Assembly (NCBI GenBank): GCA_964016885.1
Contig: OZ024751.1
Span: forward strand, 37,138,001 to 37,202,000
DNA length: 64,000 nucleotides
DNA from: Eledone cirrhosa
Taxonomy: Eukaryota
Direction: 5' to 3'
The translations under genes were made by a program, and so were the position numbers. Under the pieces are notes generated by a model. The model made no database searches. It was not told the DNA's origin and worked only from the letters and a program-made list of their open reading frames with translations. Positions 44,671 through 53,892 of the stretch are shown here, in pieces. Every line of letters starts with the position of its first letter. Positions within the stretch are counted from its first letter, which is position 1.

Positions 44671-44744
44671 TCACGACACATGTTTCAATAAGAGATAGAT
44701 CGATTGTGAAGCCACGATCGATTATCACTGATCTCATCAGGTGA
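44671..44744 (-). ncRNA. Type I hammerhead ribozyme with a GUC cleavage site
   Basis: Minus strand: TCAC-CTGATGA-long stem II (ATCGATCGTG/CACAATCGAT, loop GCTT)-GAAA-CATGTG-TC-GTGA. Confidence 0.7.
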
Positions 44745-44848
44745 AAATGAATTGTCTTCAAATTCTTGATATGAGGGAGAACTTAATATTGCTAACATAA
44801 AGTTATTGGACCATTTTACACAACCAATATTACACCTTACTATATAAC

Positions 44849-44892
<44 letters not shown>

Positions 44893-45429
44893 GTTTCGTA
44901 TAGAAGTACAGTACATCATAATGAGTGTAAGACTTTACGGTGGATCACGTGTGTGTGGATTGCACATGCGTCGAGCAGTCATACATGTCACTCTTCTCCA
45001 TGAAACTCTCTTCTATTTTTCATTAGTGGTTTCTGTGTGTTCATAATTAATGCTTCCTTAATTCTTAAATTTTCCACTTTACTCTCCGTCACATAATCTC
45101 ATATCTTTTCCAGCTAACTTCTGAACCTTTCTGGTACAAACTTTTAAAAACTATTCTATGTTACTTTCTGTCTAAAAGAATTAAAATTTCCAATGTAACA
45201 TTTCCAATGTAACATCTCCAAGCCATAATTTCTCTCACTAGAAGTTCATTCTGTATTATTAATATTATTATCTTTACAGTAGTCGAAGTAATAGTAGTTG
45301 AAGTATTAGTAGTAGAAGAAACAGTAGTAATATTTCTTTTATTTCATCTGCTTTCCTTCGTTGTTCTGCTGGTATTTGGATTGCGAGATATCAAGCTTTC
45401 TACCGTACCCTTGGGCAACTAACATTTAC

Positions 45430-45483
45430 ATTATTATTATTATCATTATTATTATATTTATTATTATTATTATTATTATTATT
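45430..45483 (+). repeat. 54-bp (ATT)n target flank, duplicated whole at 57575-57628 and in part (last 39 bp) at 51507-51545
   Basis: ATTATTATTATTATCATTATTATTATATTTATTATTATTATTATTATTATTATT; the diagnostic ATATTT interruption recurs in both spacers and the ATC interruption in the longer one. Confidence 0.95.
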
Positions 45484-45695
45484 GAATGCCATGGTTGACG
45501 GAGGCTCGGCTCTGTAAGGTATAGTAATTTTTAACCGTTAAAACAATTGTAAATTGTTTAAAACTTGAACCAAATTGTTGATAAAGACACCCTCCTCCTC
45601 GTGAGAGGGGTCTTTCTGTCCGTTATTTGGCCCTTCGGGGTTAAATAACCAGTTATTGGGGTTTTGTACCCAAAATTTCATTTTAAACAAAAAAC
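45484..45695 (+). promoter_or_regulatory. Structured 5' UTR (presumed internal promoter / RNA structure); same at 51546 and 57629
   Basis: Several hairpins, including a 12-bp stem closed by cUUCGg (45622-45649). Promoter function is inferred from L1-group biology. Confidence 0.6.
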
Positions 45696-47789
45696 ATGGC
45701 TACCAAAAAAAAAAAATTTCATACGTCACTCCCACTCATTCCGTCTTCTTCTTCCTCAATCATCACTACAGGAGAGAGAAGATTGTCTCTCTCCCTCCCT
45801 TCTTTAAATGTGTCTCTCTCCCTACCTTCTCTTTCGCAAGCGACGAAAGAAAAGAAAAGTCTCGTGCAAAGCGTGCAAGGTTTCTCCACGACGACGACGA
45901 CAGCGACGAAACAGGTGTGCGGGAAATACGAAAACCCAGTTCATTCGTCTGACGTCAGGAATAATAGCAGTAGCAGCCGTAATAACAACAGCAACAGTGA
46001 CAATGAAAACAACAGTAGCAGCCGCAACAGCATCACCAGCAGCATAAACAACAACAGCATTAGCAGCAGCAACACCAACAACAACCACAGCAACAGCGGC
46101 GGAGGCAGTAGTCGTAGTACCTGCAGCAACAACAAAAGTACCAGCAGCTCTGACGACAACAACAACAGCAGAGAAAAACCAATCTCATTTGCAGGTATTG
46201 CGAAAAACCTGGAAACAATCCTCATAACAAATGAGGAATTAGAGGAAGCGAAGAAGATGGTGACAAAGAACGGACACCGAGCAATCTGCAAGGCAGCGAA
46301 AAATTTTTTCGAAACCCAAGAGCACTGTACGGTCACGTACCGTACAGTAAGTACAAAATCCCGTAGGGTGGAAAGAGCCACAGAGGCCCAAATACAAAAA
46401 GCCTTGGGGTCTGTGTGGCAGAGGAAAACGCACATCACCCGAGGCAAAAAATACGCCACCGTAGACGTACTTTTTGCCACACCCCAGGAGGCAAAGGCCC
46501 AATCAGTAGTGACCCTAAGGAGCGAGGAAATGGTGTTGGTGCCCTCCTACTGCGGGCAAAAAATTGTGAGGGTCAAACTGACCCACGTCCCCCCCGGAAT
46601 GACCCCTTCTTGGCTGGCCGCGTCTGTCCTCGTCGGAATCGAGGACAAAACAACTGTACTGCAAGTACAGAAAAAAGTAAGAGAAGATTGGGTCGGCTCC
46701 TCCATTGAGATGCTAATCCAAACCAACCAGGAGTGCATCGAAGCTATCCCGGATGTGATAGACTTCGATAACGGCACTCAACTGCCCATAAGTGTTGAGG
46801 GCAAACGCCCGAAATGCTTTCGCTGTGGATCGAAGACTCACCTCAGGGCCTTCTGCAACGAGAAGACCCTGAGAAAGGAGAAAACCCCCCTCCTCCCGAA
46901 TCCGGTTCCACGGCTACCAGCAACAGGACAAGCGGCAACCAGGAACGATAGGTCCGTGGCACCCATACCCACTCCACGGAAATCAAAGACAGCAGCAGCA
47001 GTGGAAATATTAACAACAACAACAGCAATACCAAATGCAGCTGCAACAGAGACTCCAGTGCAAACATCACCAACAACAACAAGTGAAAGAGTGGAGCTGG
47101 TACCCCTCCCCGACCTTACAGAATCAGACATGGAGTGTGAGGTGGGAGAGGGATGGCAAAAGGTCTCAAGAAGGCACAAACGCAGAAGCAGCGCATCGTC
47201 GCCTTTGAAAAGGGAGGAAAGAAATGAGAAAAGGGTAAAGTCTACTGCAAAGAGACCCACAGCAGCAACACCACCAACACCATCACCACCCACACCAGCA
47301 CCACCATCACCACCGGCGACAACCCCACCGCCAACAACACCTTCAACACCACAAGCACCAACATCGCAAACACAACAACAAAACACACACACCCAGCAAC
47401 AACGACAAGAAAATAGCAGAACCACACCCCACCCCCAGAAAAACAAATGCACGGCAATAAACACACACAACAAGAAACTAATGACTTACATAATTGAACA
47501 CACAGACATTTCACAACAGGACTACATAATACCAGCACCAATCAAAACGCCAACTAACATAAGACTGCTAAAAATAGCACAGAAACAATACACAAACATT
47601 AAAACGAAATTCCCCAACGCAGTTGGTGATTTCAGGGACCTAGGAGGAACCATTAATCGAAGAGTATATTCAGACATTCTCTTAGAAGAGCCGACGACCA
47701 GCCGAAGGGACGATTCAACGGTCCCTTCACCAGACGATCAAGTGAAAAGGGATGTAAAAACCATCCCTCCTCTACCAAAAATACGGTAA
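45696..47789 (+). CDS. ORF1p (CCHC knuckle), copy C, 697 aa
   Basis: AAACATGG start context; CFRCGSKTHLRAFC knuckle. Confidence 0.93.
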   Translation: MATKKKKFHTSLPLIPSSSSSIITTGERRLSLSLPSLNVSLSLPSLSQATKEKKSLVQSVQGFSTTTTTATKQVCGKYENPVHSSDVRNNSSSSRNNNSNSDNENNSSSRNSITSSINNNSISSSNTNNNHSNSGGGSSRSTCSNNKSTSSSDDNNNSREKPISFAGIAKNLETILITNEELEEAKKMVTKNGHRAICKAAKNFFETQEHCTVTYRTVSTKSRRVERATEAQIQKALGSVWQRKTHITRGKKYATVDVLFATPQEAKAQSVVTLRSEEMVLVPSYCGQKIVRVKLTHVPPGMTPSWLAASVLVGIEDKTTVLQVQKKVREDWVGSSIEMLIQTNQECIEAIPDVIDFDNGTQLPISVEGKRPKCFRCGSKTHLRAFCNEKTLRKEKTPLLPNPVPRLPATGQAATRNDRSVAPIPTPRKSKTAAAVEILTTTTAIPNAAATETPVQTSPTTTSERVELVPLPDLTESDMECEVGEGWQKVSRRHKRRSSASSPLKREERNEKRVKSTAKRPTAATPPTPSPPTPAPPSPPATTPPPTTPSTPQAPTSQTQQQNTHTQQQRQENSRTTPHPQKNKCTAINTHNKKLMTYIIEHTDISQQDYIIPAPIKTPTNIRLLKIAQKQYTNIKTKFPNAVGDFRDLGGTINRRVYSDILLEEPTTSRRDDSTVPSPDDQVKRDVKTIPPLPKIR

Positions 47790-47824
47790 GTGGTCTTTCC
47801 CATCTTTTCCACTCTATTTTAAAC

Positions 47825-50800
47825 ATGACCTCACTCAGAATAGGCAGCATAAATGCGCGTGGCTTGGGGTCGTCATGGAAGCAGGGTCACCTGCTCAACG
47901 ACCTCAGGTCACTAAACATAGATGTAGTGGCCATCAGCGAGACCAGAATCTCCGAAGCACGGGCCTTCGCACCGATCTTCGGCGGCTACGATGTGTACGC
48001 ATCTCCCAGCCGTCCTGGATCGGGTGGAGGAGTTGCTGTGCTTTTTCGGAGAGGTTTGGATCTCGCCATACGGGCCATCTTCCTGGACCCAGAGGGTAAG
48101 CTGGTGGTGCTGGACGTGACCAGCGGAGACGGGCAAGCTTTCAGGCTAGTGGCCGTCTATGCCCCGACAGGAGCAGGGCGGCCTGATTTCTTCCGGCGTC
48201 TGGAGACCTTTCTTGGAACGTCGCGCTCTTTAGTGTTAGTGGGCGACTGGAACGGGATCTTAGATGCACGCTGGGACTGTGTGGGATTAGCGGATAGGGG
48301 TGGAGGGTGCAAGAGCCTCACCAACCTGCTCAGGCGTTTTGAACTGTCTGACAGGTACCGATTGGATTTCCCGAATGTGCCAATGTGGACTTGGACAAAC
48401 CGCATAGGGTCATCCAGATCATATCTAGATAGAGTATTTTGTAGGGAAATAGATAGGTCTAGCATAGGCTGTCCACAATTCAAGATAGTCAGCTACACGG
48501 ACCACAAATTCGTGATCTGTGTGCTTGACTTAGATAGGCTTCATAGACGAGGACCCGGCTACTGGAAGCTAAACGCGTCCTTACCAGCGCGCAAGGCCTA
48601 CAGAGACCGGATTAGCGAACTAGTTAAGCGGGCGTTGACGGGGGCCATCGTCAACAACAAGTGGTGGTTTGCTCTGAAAAGAGCGATTAGAATAGAATCG
48701 ATTAGGTTTAGTAAGGCTTTAGCAATAGAGAAAAATAGAGCAGAGGGAGAACTAGTTAGAAAATTAGACGAGGCGCTTAGCAAAGGCATTGCGACCGACG
48801 TGCTTGCGGCGAAATTGGCCCTTGACCAATTCTTCAATGCAAAGCACGAAGGCTGCGTTGTCAGAGCTAGGGTGCGTGCTCTCAGACACGAGGGGACGAA
48901 AGCCGTTCAATGGGCCCGAGTGGCGGAGGCGCGTCGTGGCAACAAAGCCACGATCCGGTCTTTGGTGGACCACGACGGGCGCATGCTACTCGATCCCGGG
49001 CAAATGTGTGAAGCTTTTCAGCGACACTTCGCTCAGCTGTTCGGGGGCAGCGGGGGGCCGGGTAGAGGGATGGACTTTAGTGTCTACCTCGACGGACTGC
49101 CGCGGCTCTCGGCCACTGAGGCGAAGTGTTGCGAAAAGCCGATAACAGCCGCTGAAGTAAGGGAGGCAATGACTGGCTGCACAAGGGGTAAATCGCCTGG
49201 TTTGGATGGTCTGCCCTATGAACTTTACGTACAGATGCCAGACTTGTTCGGAGGCCTCTTGGCGGACGTCTACTGCAACTGGCAACAGAACGGGAGAATT
49301 CCCAGTTCTGTGAGCCGAGGAGCGGTGGCACTGCTGAGAAAGGATCCGAACAAGGGGGATAACATAGACAATTTCCGGCCCATAACTCTGCTAAACACAG
49401 AGTTTAAGATTTTGGCCAAGGTGCTAGCAAAGAGGTTGGCGCTTGTCGTTGGTGGTCTGGTGGGAGAGGCGCAGACATGCGCCATTCCCGACAGATCCAT
49501 CCACGACAACCTCCACCTCATGCGATACATCGTAGAGAGGGTAGCTAGGGAACCTGGCACGGGTGGGTCCTTGATCAATTTAGATCAGTCGAAAGCTTTC
49601 GATAGGGTCGACCATCGTTACCTAGCGGCAGTCCTGAGGGCGGCTGGCTTTGGGCCCGTCTTCAGAGGCTGGATCGCTGCCATGCACAGCGACATCTGCT
49701 CTGTGGTGAGAGTGAACGGTCACCTGTCGGAACCGTTCAACATCATGCGCTCGGTCCGCCAAGGATGTCCCCTCTCGTCCCTCTTGTACGTATTGACTCT
49801 CGAGCCATTACTGCACAAACTGGAGACGTTGAGGGGAGTCCCGCGCGAACTAGGATGCGGAAGATCCGTGTCAGCATATGCGGACGATGTCACCGTAGTG
49901 GTGTCGAACGCCAAACACATCGAGGCGATCGGCACTACACTAAGAGAATACGAAGCGGTGACAGGAGCAATGATCAACCAGGAAAAGTCAGTGGGCCTGC
50001 AGCTCGGCACCTGGAGAGGCAGGTCCATGCCGTCCAACAGCGTCGTCGGGCGCTGGACGGACGGACCGGTTAAATTGCTAGGGGTCTGGTTCGGTCCGGA
50101 CCTCCAGACGGACAAAAACTGGGACGAGGTGACGAGCAGGGTGGCTTCTCTCACCCAGAAATGGGCGGAGAGGAAGCTATCCCTGAAAGGTCGAGCGGAG
50201 GTGGCTAACGCGTACATCGCGTCTGTCATCTGCTACCGCCTAACCGTCGTACCTTGTCCTAAGCCTCGCCTGACTGCGCTGGAGCGTTTGCTCTTTCGCT
50301 TTTTGTGGAAGGGACGTGCTCCGATGGTCAGGCGGTCCATCTGTTGTCAACACCCGCTACGTGGAGGGCTGGGCATGCCGTGGCTGATGATGCGCAGGCA
50401 CGCGCTCAGGCTACGACATCTCCACCTCTTCCTCGACGGTGATCAGGTGTGGTCGCCGTTTGCTAGACGCGTTTTTCCCCAGCTCGTTTCCTTGACGGAG
50501 CTGCAGTCCTGGGTCAAGCGAAGACCGAGAGGGAGCGCCTGGAGACTGGAATGTCTTCAGGCGCTCACAGCCCTCGACCAATCGGGCAATGTGATCGGTG
50601 GAAACTCCACCTCGGCGTTCTATAGAGGATTAGTGGAGGGGAAGAGCGACGACGTACTTGGGGAAACTCTAGGCGTCGACGAAAATCAACTAGCCAATCT
50701 CTTCGGAAGAACTTTCGGGCCAGGGCCTATGGACAACTTCCAGAAATCTCTGGCCTGGCAGTGCTACCGAGGAGCCTTGCCAGTTCGGGATAAACTCTAC

Positions 50801-51244
50801 AGGCATGGAGGTGCCGTCAGCCGGGCATGTCCGAGATGCGCGCAGGGCGACGAAACCGTCCTGCACGCACTCGTCCAGTGTCCGAAAATTGCTGACTTGT
50901 GGGTTTATGTCGAACACCTGCTGTCGCGTTTAGGACGGATCCAGCTATCATCTGAGTCCATCGTGAGGATTGCCCCGCCCTCCTCCTTTAGCCGGGAAGG
51001 GCAGGCAGTTTTTATCTGTCTGGTGGCCATGGCGAAAGAGATAGTATGGTGGACACGTTTGAAAGGGCTGAAGACGAGCACTTACCTCTTCGGTGATGCT
51101 CTGATTGACTTTTTCAAATTTCATTTGAAAAGGAAAATCAGAGTAGAGAGGGAAGTGCTCTCTTCCCAGCATTTTGTTGAAAGATGGGTGAGAGAAGCAA
51201 GAATGGCCCGAGTGAATGGGCCGACTCTGAGTATATATCTGTAA
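47825..51244 (+). CDS. ORF2p APE-RT-CCHC, copy C, 1139 aa
   Basis: All EN, RT and zinc-finger motifs intact. Confidence 0.97.
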   Translation: MTSLRIGSINARGLGSSWKQGHLLNDLRSLNIDVVAISETRISEARAFAPIFGGYDVYASPSRPGSGGGVAVLFRRGLDLAIRAIFLDPEGKLVVLDVTSGDGQAFRLVAVYAPTGAGRPDFFRRLETFLGTSRSLVLVGDWNGILDARWDCVGLADRGGGCKSLTNLLRRFELSDRYRLDFPNVPMWTWTNRIGSSRSYLDRVFCREIDRSSIGCPQFKIVSYTDHKFVICVLDLDRLHRRGPGYWKLNASLPARKAYRDRISELVKRALTGAIVNNKWWFALKRAIRIESIRFSKALAIEKNRAEGELVRKLDEALSKGIATDVLAAKLALDQFFNAKHEGCVVRARVRALRHEGTKAVQWARVAEARRGNKATIRSLVDHDGRMLLDPGQMCEAFQRHFAQLFGGSGGPGRGMDFSVYLDGLPRLSATEAKCCEKPITAAEVREAMTGCTRGKSPGLDGLPYELYVQMPDLFGGLLADVYCNWQQNGRIPSSVSRGAVALLRKDPNKGDNIDNFRPITLLNTEFKILAKVLAKRLALVVGGLVGEAQTCAIPDRSIHDNLHLMRYIVERVAREPGTGGSLINLDQSKAFDRVDHRYLAAVLRAAGFGPVFRGWIAAMHSDICSVVRVNGHLSEPFNIMRSVRQGCPLSSLLYVLTLEPLLHKLETLRGVPRELGCGRSVSAYADDVTVVVSNAKHIEAIGTTLREYEAVTGAMINQEKSVGLQLGTWRGRSMPSNSVVGRWTDGPVKLLGVWFGPDLQTDKNWDEVTSRVASLTQKWAERKLSLKGRAEVANAYIASVICYRLTVVPCPKPRLTALERLLFRFLWKGRAPMVRRSICCQHPLRGGLGMPWLMMRRHALRLRHLHLFLDGDQVWSPFARRVFPQLVSLTELQSWVKRRPRGSAWRLECLQALTALDQSGNVIGGNSTSAFYRGLVEGKSDDVLGETLGVDENQLANLFGRTFGPGPMDNFQKSLAWQCYRGALPVRDKLYRHGGAVSRACPRCAQGDETVLHALVQCPKIADLWVYVEHLLSRLGRIQLSSESIVRIAPPSSFSREGQAVFICLVAMAKEIVWWTRLKGLKTSTYLFGDALIDFFKFHLKRKIRVEREVLSSQHFVERWVREARMARVNGPTLSIYL

Positions 51245-51757
51245 ACTAAAGGTGGAAAACTGGGAGAGGGCACTTGCCTTGGTGGTCAGGGTCATTGTGG
51301 CTTTTTACTGGGCTTTCTCCACAAATGTCCCTCCGAAGTCTCCCCCCTATTGGGGAATTTTTCATTGTTATTTTCATTGTTATTTTTGTTACATCCTCTG
51401 TTTTTGTTTTTTTACACGCAGAAATGCCCATTTGTACCGTCCTGCATTGTCCTGCACTGTCCTTAATGTCTACTTTATGTAAACCCTTGTGGTTAATAAA
51501 GAAATCATTATTATTATATTTATTATTATTATTATTATTATTATTGAATGCCATGGTTGACGGAGGCTCGGCTCTGTAAGGTATAGTAATTTTTAACCGT
51601 TAAAACAATTGTAAATTGTTTAAAACTTGAACCAAATTGTTGATAAAGACACCCTCCTCCTCGTGAGAGGGGTCTTTCTGTCCGTTATTTGGCCCTTCGG
51701 GGTTAAATAACCAGTTATTGGGGTTTTGTACCCAAAATTTCATTTTAAACAAAAAAC

Positions 51758-53857
51758 ATGGCTACCAAAAAAAAAAAATTTCATACGTCACTCCCACTCA
51801 TTCCGTCTTCTTCTTCCTCAATCATCACTACAGGAGAGAGAAGATTGTCTCTCTCCCTCCCTTCTTTAAATGTGTCTCTCTCCCTACCTTCTCTTTCGCA
51901 AGCGACGAAAGAAAAGAAAAGTCTCGTGCAAAGCGTGCAAGGTTTCTCCACGACGACGACGACAGCGACGAAACAGGTGTGCGGGAAATACGAAAACCCA
52001 GTTCATTCGTCTGACGTCAGGAATAATAGCAGTAGCAGCCGTAATAACAACAGCAACAGTGACAATGAAAACAACAGTAGCAGCCGCAACAGCATCACCA
52101 GCAGCATAAACAACAACAGCATTAGCAGCAGCAACACCAACAACAACCACAGCAACAGCGGCGGAGGCAGTAGTCGTAGTACCTGCAGCAACAACAAAAG
52201 TACCAGCAGCTCTGACGACAACAACAACAGCAGAGAAAAACCAATCTCATTTGCAGGTATTGCGAAAAACCTGGAAACAATCCTCATAACAAATGAGGAA
52301 TTAGAGGAAGCGAAGAAGATGGTGACAAAGAACGGACACCGAGCAATCTGCAAGGCAGCGAAAAATTTTTTCGAAACCCAAGAGCACTGTACGGTCACGT
52401 ACCGTACAGTAAGTACAAAATCCCGTAGGGTGGAAAGAGCCACAGAGGCCCAAATACAAAAAGCCTTGGGGTCTGTGTGGCAGAGGAAAACGCACATCAC
52501 CCGAGGCAAAAAATACGCCACCGTAGACGTACTTTTTGCCACACCCCAGGAGGCAAAGGCCCAATCAGTAGTGACCCTAAGGAGCGAGGAAATGGTGTTG
52601 GTGCCCTCCTACTGCGGGCAAAAAATTGTGAGGGTCAAACTGACCCACGTCCCCCCCGGAATGACCCCTTCTTGGCTGGCCGCGTCTGTCCTCGTCGGAA
52701 TCGAGGACAAAACAACTGTACTGCAAGTACAGAAAAAAGTAAGAGAAGATTGGGTCGGCTCCTCCATTGAGATGCTAATCCAAACCAACCAGGAGTGCAT
52801 CGAAGCTATCCCGGATGTGATAGACTTCGATAACGGCACTCAACTGCCCATAAGTGTTGAGGGCAAACGCCCGAAATGCTTTCGCTGTGGATCGAAGACT
52901 CACCTCAGGGCCTTCTGCAACGAGAAGACCCTGAGAAAGGAGAAAACCCCCCTCCTCCCGAATCCGGTTCCACGGCTACCAGCAACAGGACAAGCGGCAA
53001 CCAGGAACGATAGGTCCGTGGCACCCATACCCACTCCACGGAAATCAAAGACAGCAGCAGCAGTGGAAATATTAACAACAACAACAGCAATACCAAATGC
53101 AGCTGCAACAGAGACTCCAGTGCAAACATCACCAACAACAACAAGTGAAAGAGTGGAGCTGGTACCCCTCCCCGACCTTACAGAATCAGACATGGAGTGT
53201 GAGGTGGGAGAGGGATGGCAAAAGGTCTCAAGAAGGCACAAACGCAGAAGCAGCGCATCGTCGCCTTTGAAAAGGGAGGAAAGAAATGAGAAAAGGGTAA
53301 AGTCTACTGCAAAGAGACCCACAGCAGCAACACCACCAACACCATCACCACCCACACCAGCACCACCATCACCACCGGCGACAACCCCACCGCCAACAAC
53401 ACCTTCAACACCACCACCACAAGCACCAACATCGCAAACACAACAACAAAACACACACACCCAGCAACAACGACAAGAAAATAGCAGAACCACACCCCAC
53501 CCCCAGAAAAACAAATGCACGGCAATAAACACACACAACAAGAAACTAATGACTTACATAATTGAACACACAGACATTTCACAACAGGACTACATAATAC
53601 CAGCACCAATCAAAACACCAACTAACATAAGACTGCTAAAAATAGCACAGAAACAATACACAAACATTAAAACGAAATTCCCCAACGCAGTTGGTGATTT
53701 CAGGGACCTAGGAGGAACCATTAATCGAAGAGTATATTCAGACATTCTCTTAGAAGAGCCGACGACCAGCCGAAGGGACGATTCAACGGTCCCTTCACCA
53801 GACGATCAAGTGAAAAGGGATGTAAAAACCATCCCTCCTCTACCAAAAATACGGTAA
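51758..53857 (+). CDS. ORF1p, copy D, 699 aa
   Basis: Intact; CCHC knuckle. Confidence 0.93.
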   Translation: MATKKKKFHTSLPLIPSSSSSIITTGERRLSLSLPSLNVSLSLPSLSQATKEKKSLVQSVQGFSTTTTTATKQVCGKYENPVHSSDVRNNSSSSRNNNSNSDNENNSSSRNSITSSINNNSISSSNTNNNHSNSGGGSSRSTCSNNKSTSSSDDNNNSREKPISFAGIAKNLETILITNEELEEAKKMVTKNGHRAICKAAKNFFETQEHCTVTYRTVSTKSRRVERATEAQIQKALGSVWQRKTHITRGKKYATVDVLFATPQEAKAQSVVTLRSEEMVLVPSYCGQKIVRVKLTHVPPGMTPSWLAASVLVGIEDKTTVLQVQKKVREDWVGSSIEMLIQTNQECIEAIPDVIDFDNGTQLPISVEGKRPKCFRCGSKTHLRAFCNEKTLRKEKTPLLPNPVPRLPATGQAATRNDRSVAPIPTPRKSKTAAAVEILTTTTAIPNAAATETPVQTSPTTTSERVELVPLPDLTESDMECEVGEGWQKVSRRHKRRSSASSPLKREERNEKRVKSTAKRPTAATPPTPSPPTPAPPSPPATTPPPTTPSTPPPQAPTSQTQQQNTHTQQQRQENSRTTPHPQKNKCTAINTHNKKLMTYIIEHTDISQQDYIIPAPIKTPTNIRLLKIAQKQYTNIKTKFPNAVGDFRDLGGTINRRVYSDILLEEPTTSRRDDSTVPSPDDQVKRDVKTIPPLPKIR

Positions 53858-53892
53858 GTGGTCTTTCCCATCTTTTCCACTCTATTTTAAAC

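Larger units (their letters stand above)
45484..51506 (+). mobile_element. Tx1/L1-group non-LTR retrotransposon, copy C (full length, 6023 bp)
   Basis: 212-bp 5' UTR, ORF1, 35-bp inter-ORF spacer, ORF2, 262-bp 3' UTR ending AATAAAGAAATC; 6-bp in-frame deletion in ORF1. Confidence 0.96.

Noticed and set aside
45583-45615. CTCCTCGTG resembling the L3 loop of HDV-like ribozymes
   Set aside because: It lies in a simple hairpin; no P1/P1.1/P2 partners or J4/2 catalytic motif were found around it.
45484-45718. The 235-bp leader as a captured polyadenylated RNA (it ends in A12)
   Set aside because: The A run lies in frame inside ORF1 (KKKK) after a good AAACATGG start, so a native 5' UTR is simpler. 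Not formally excluded.
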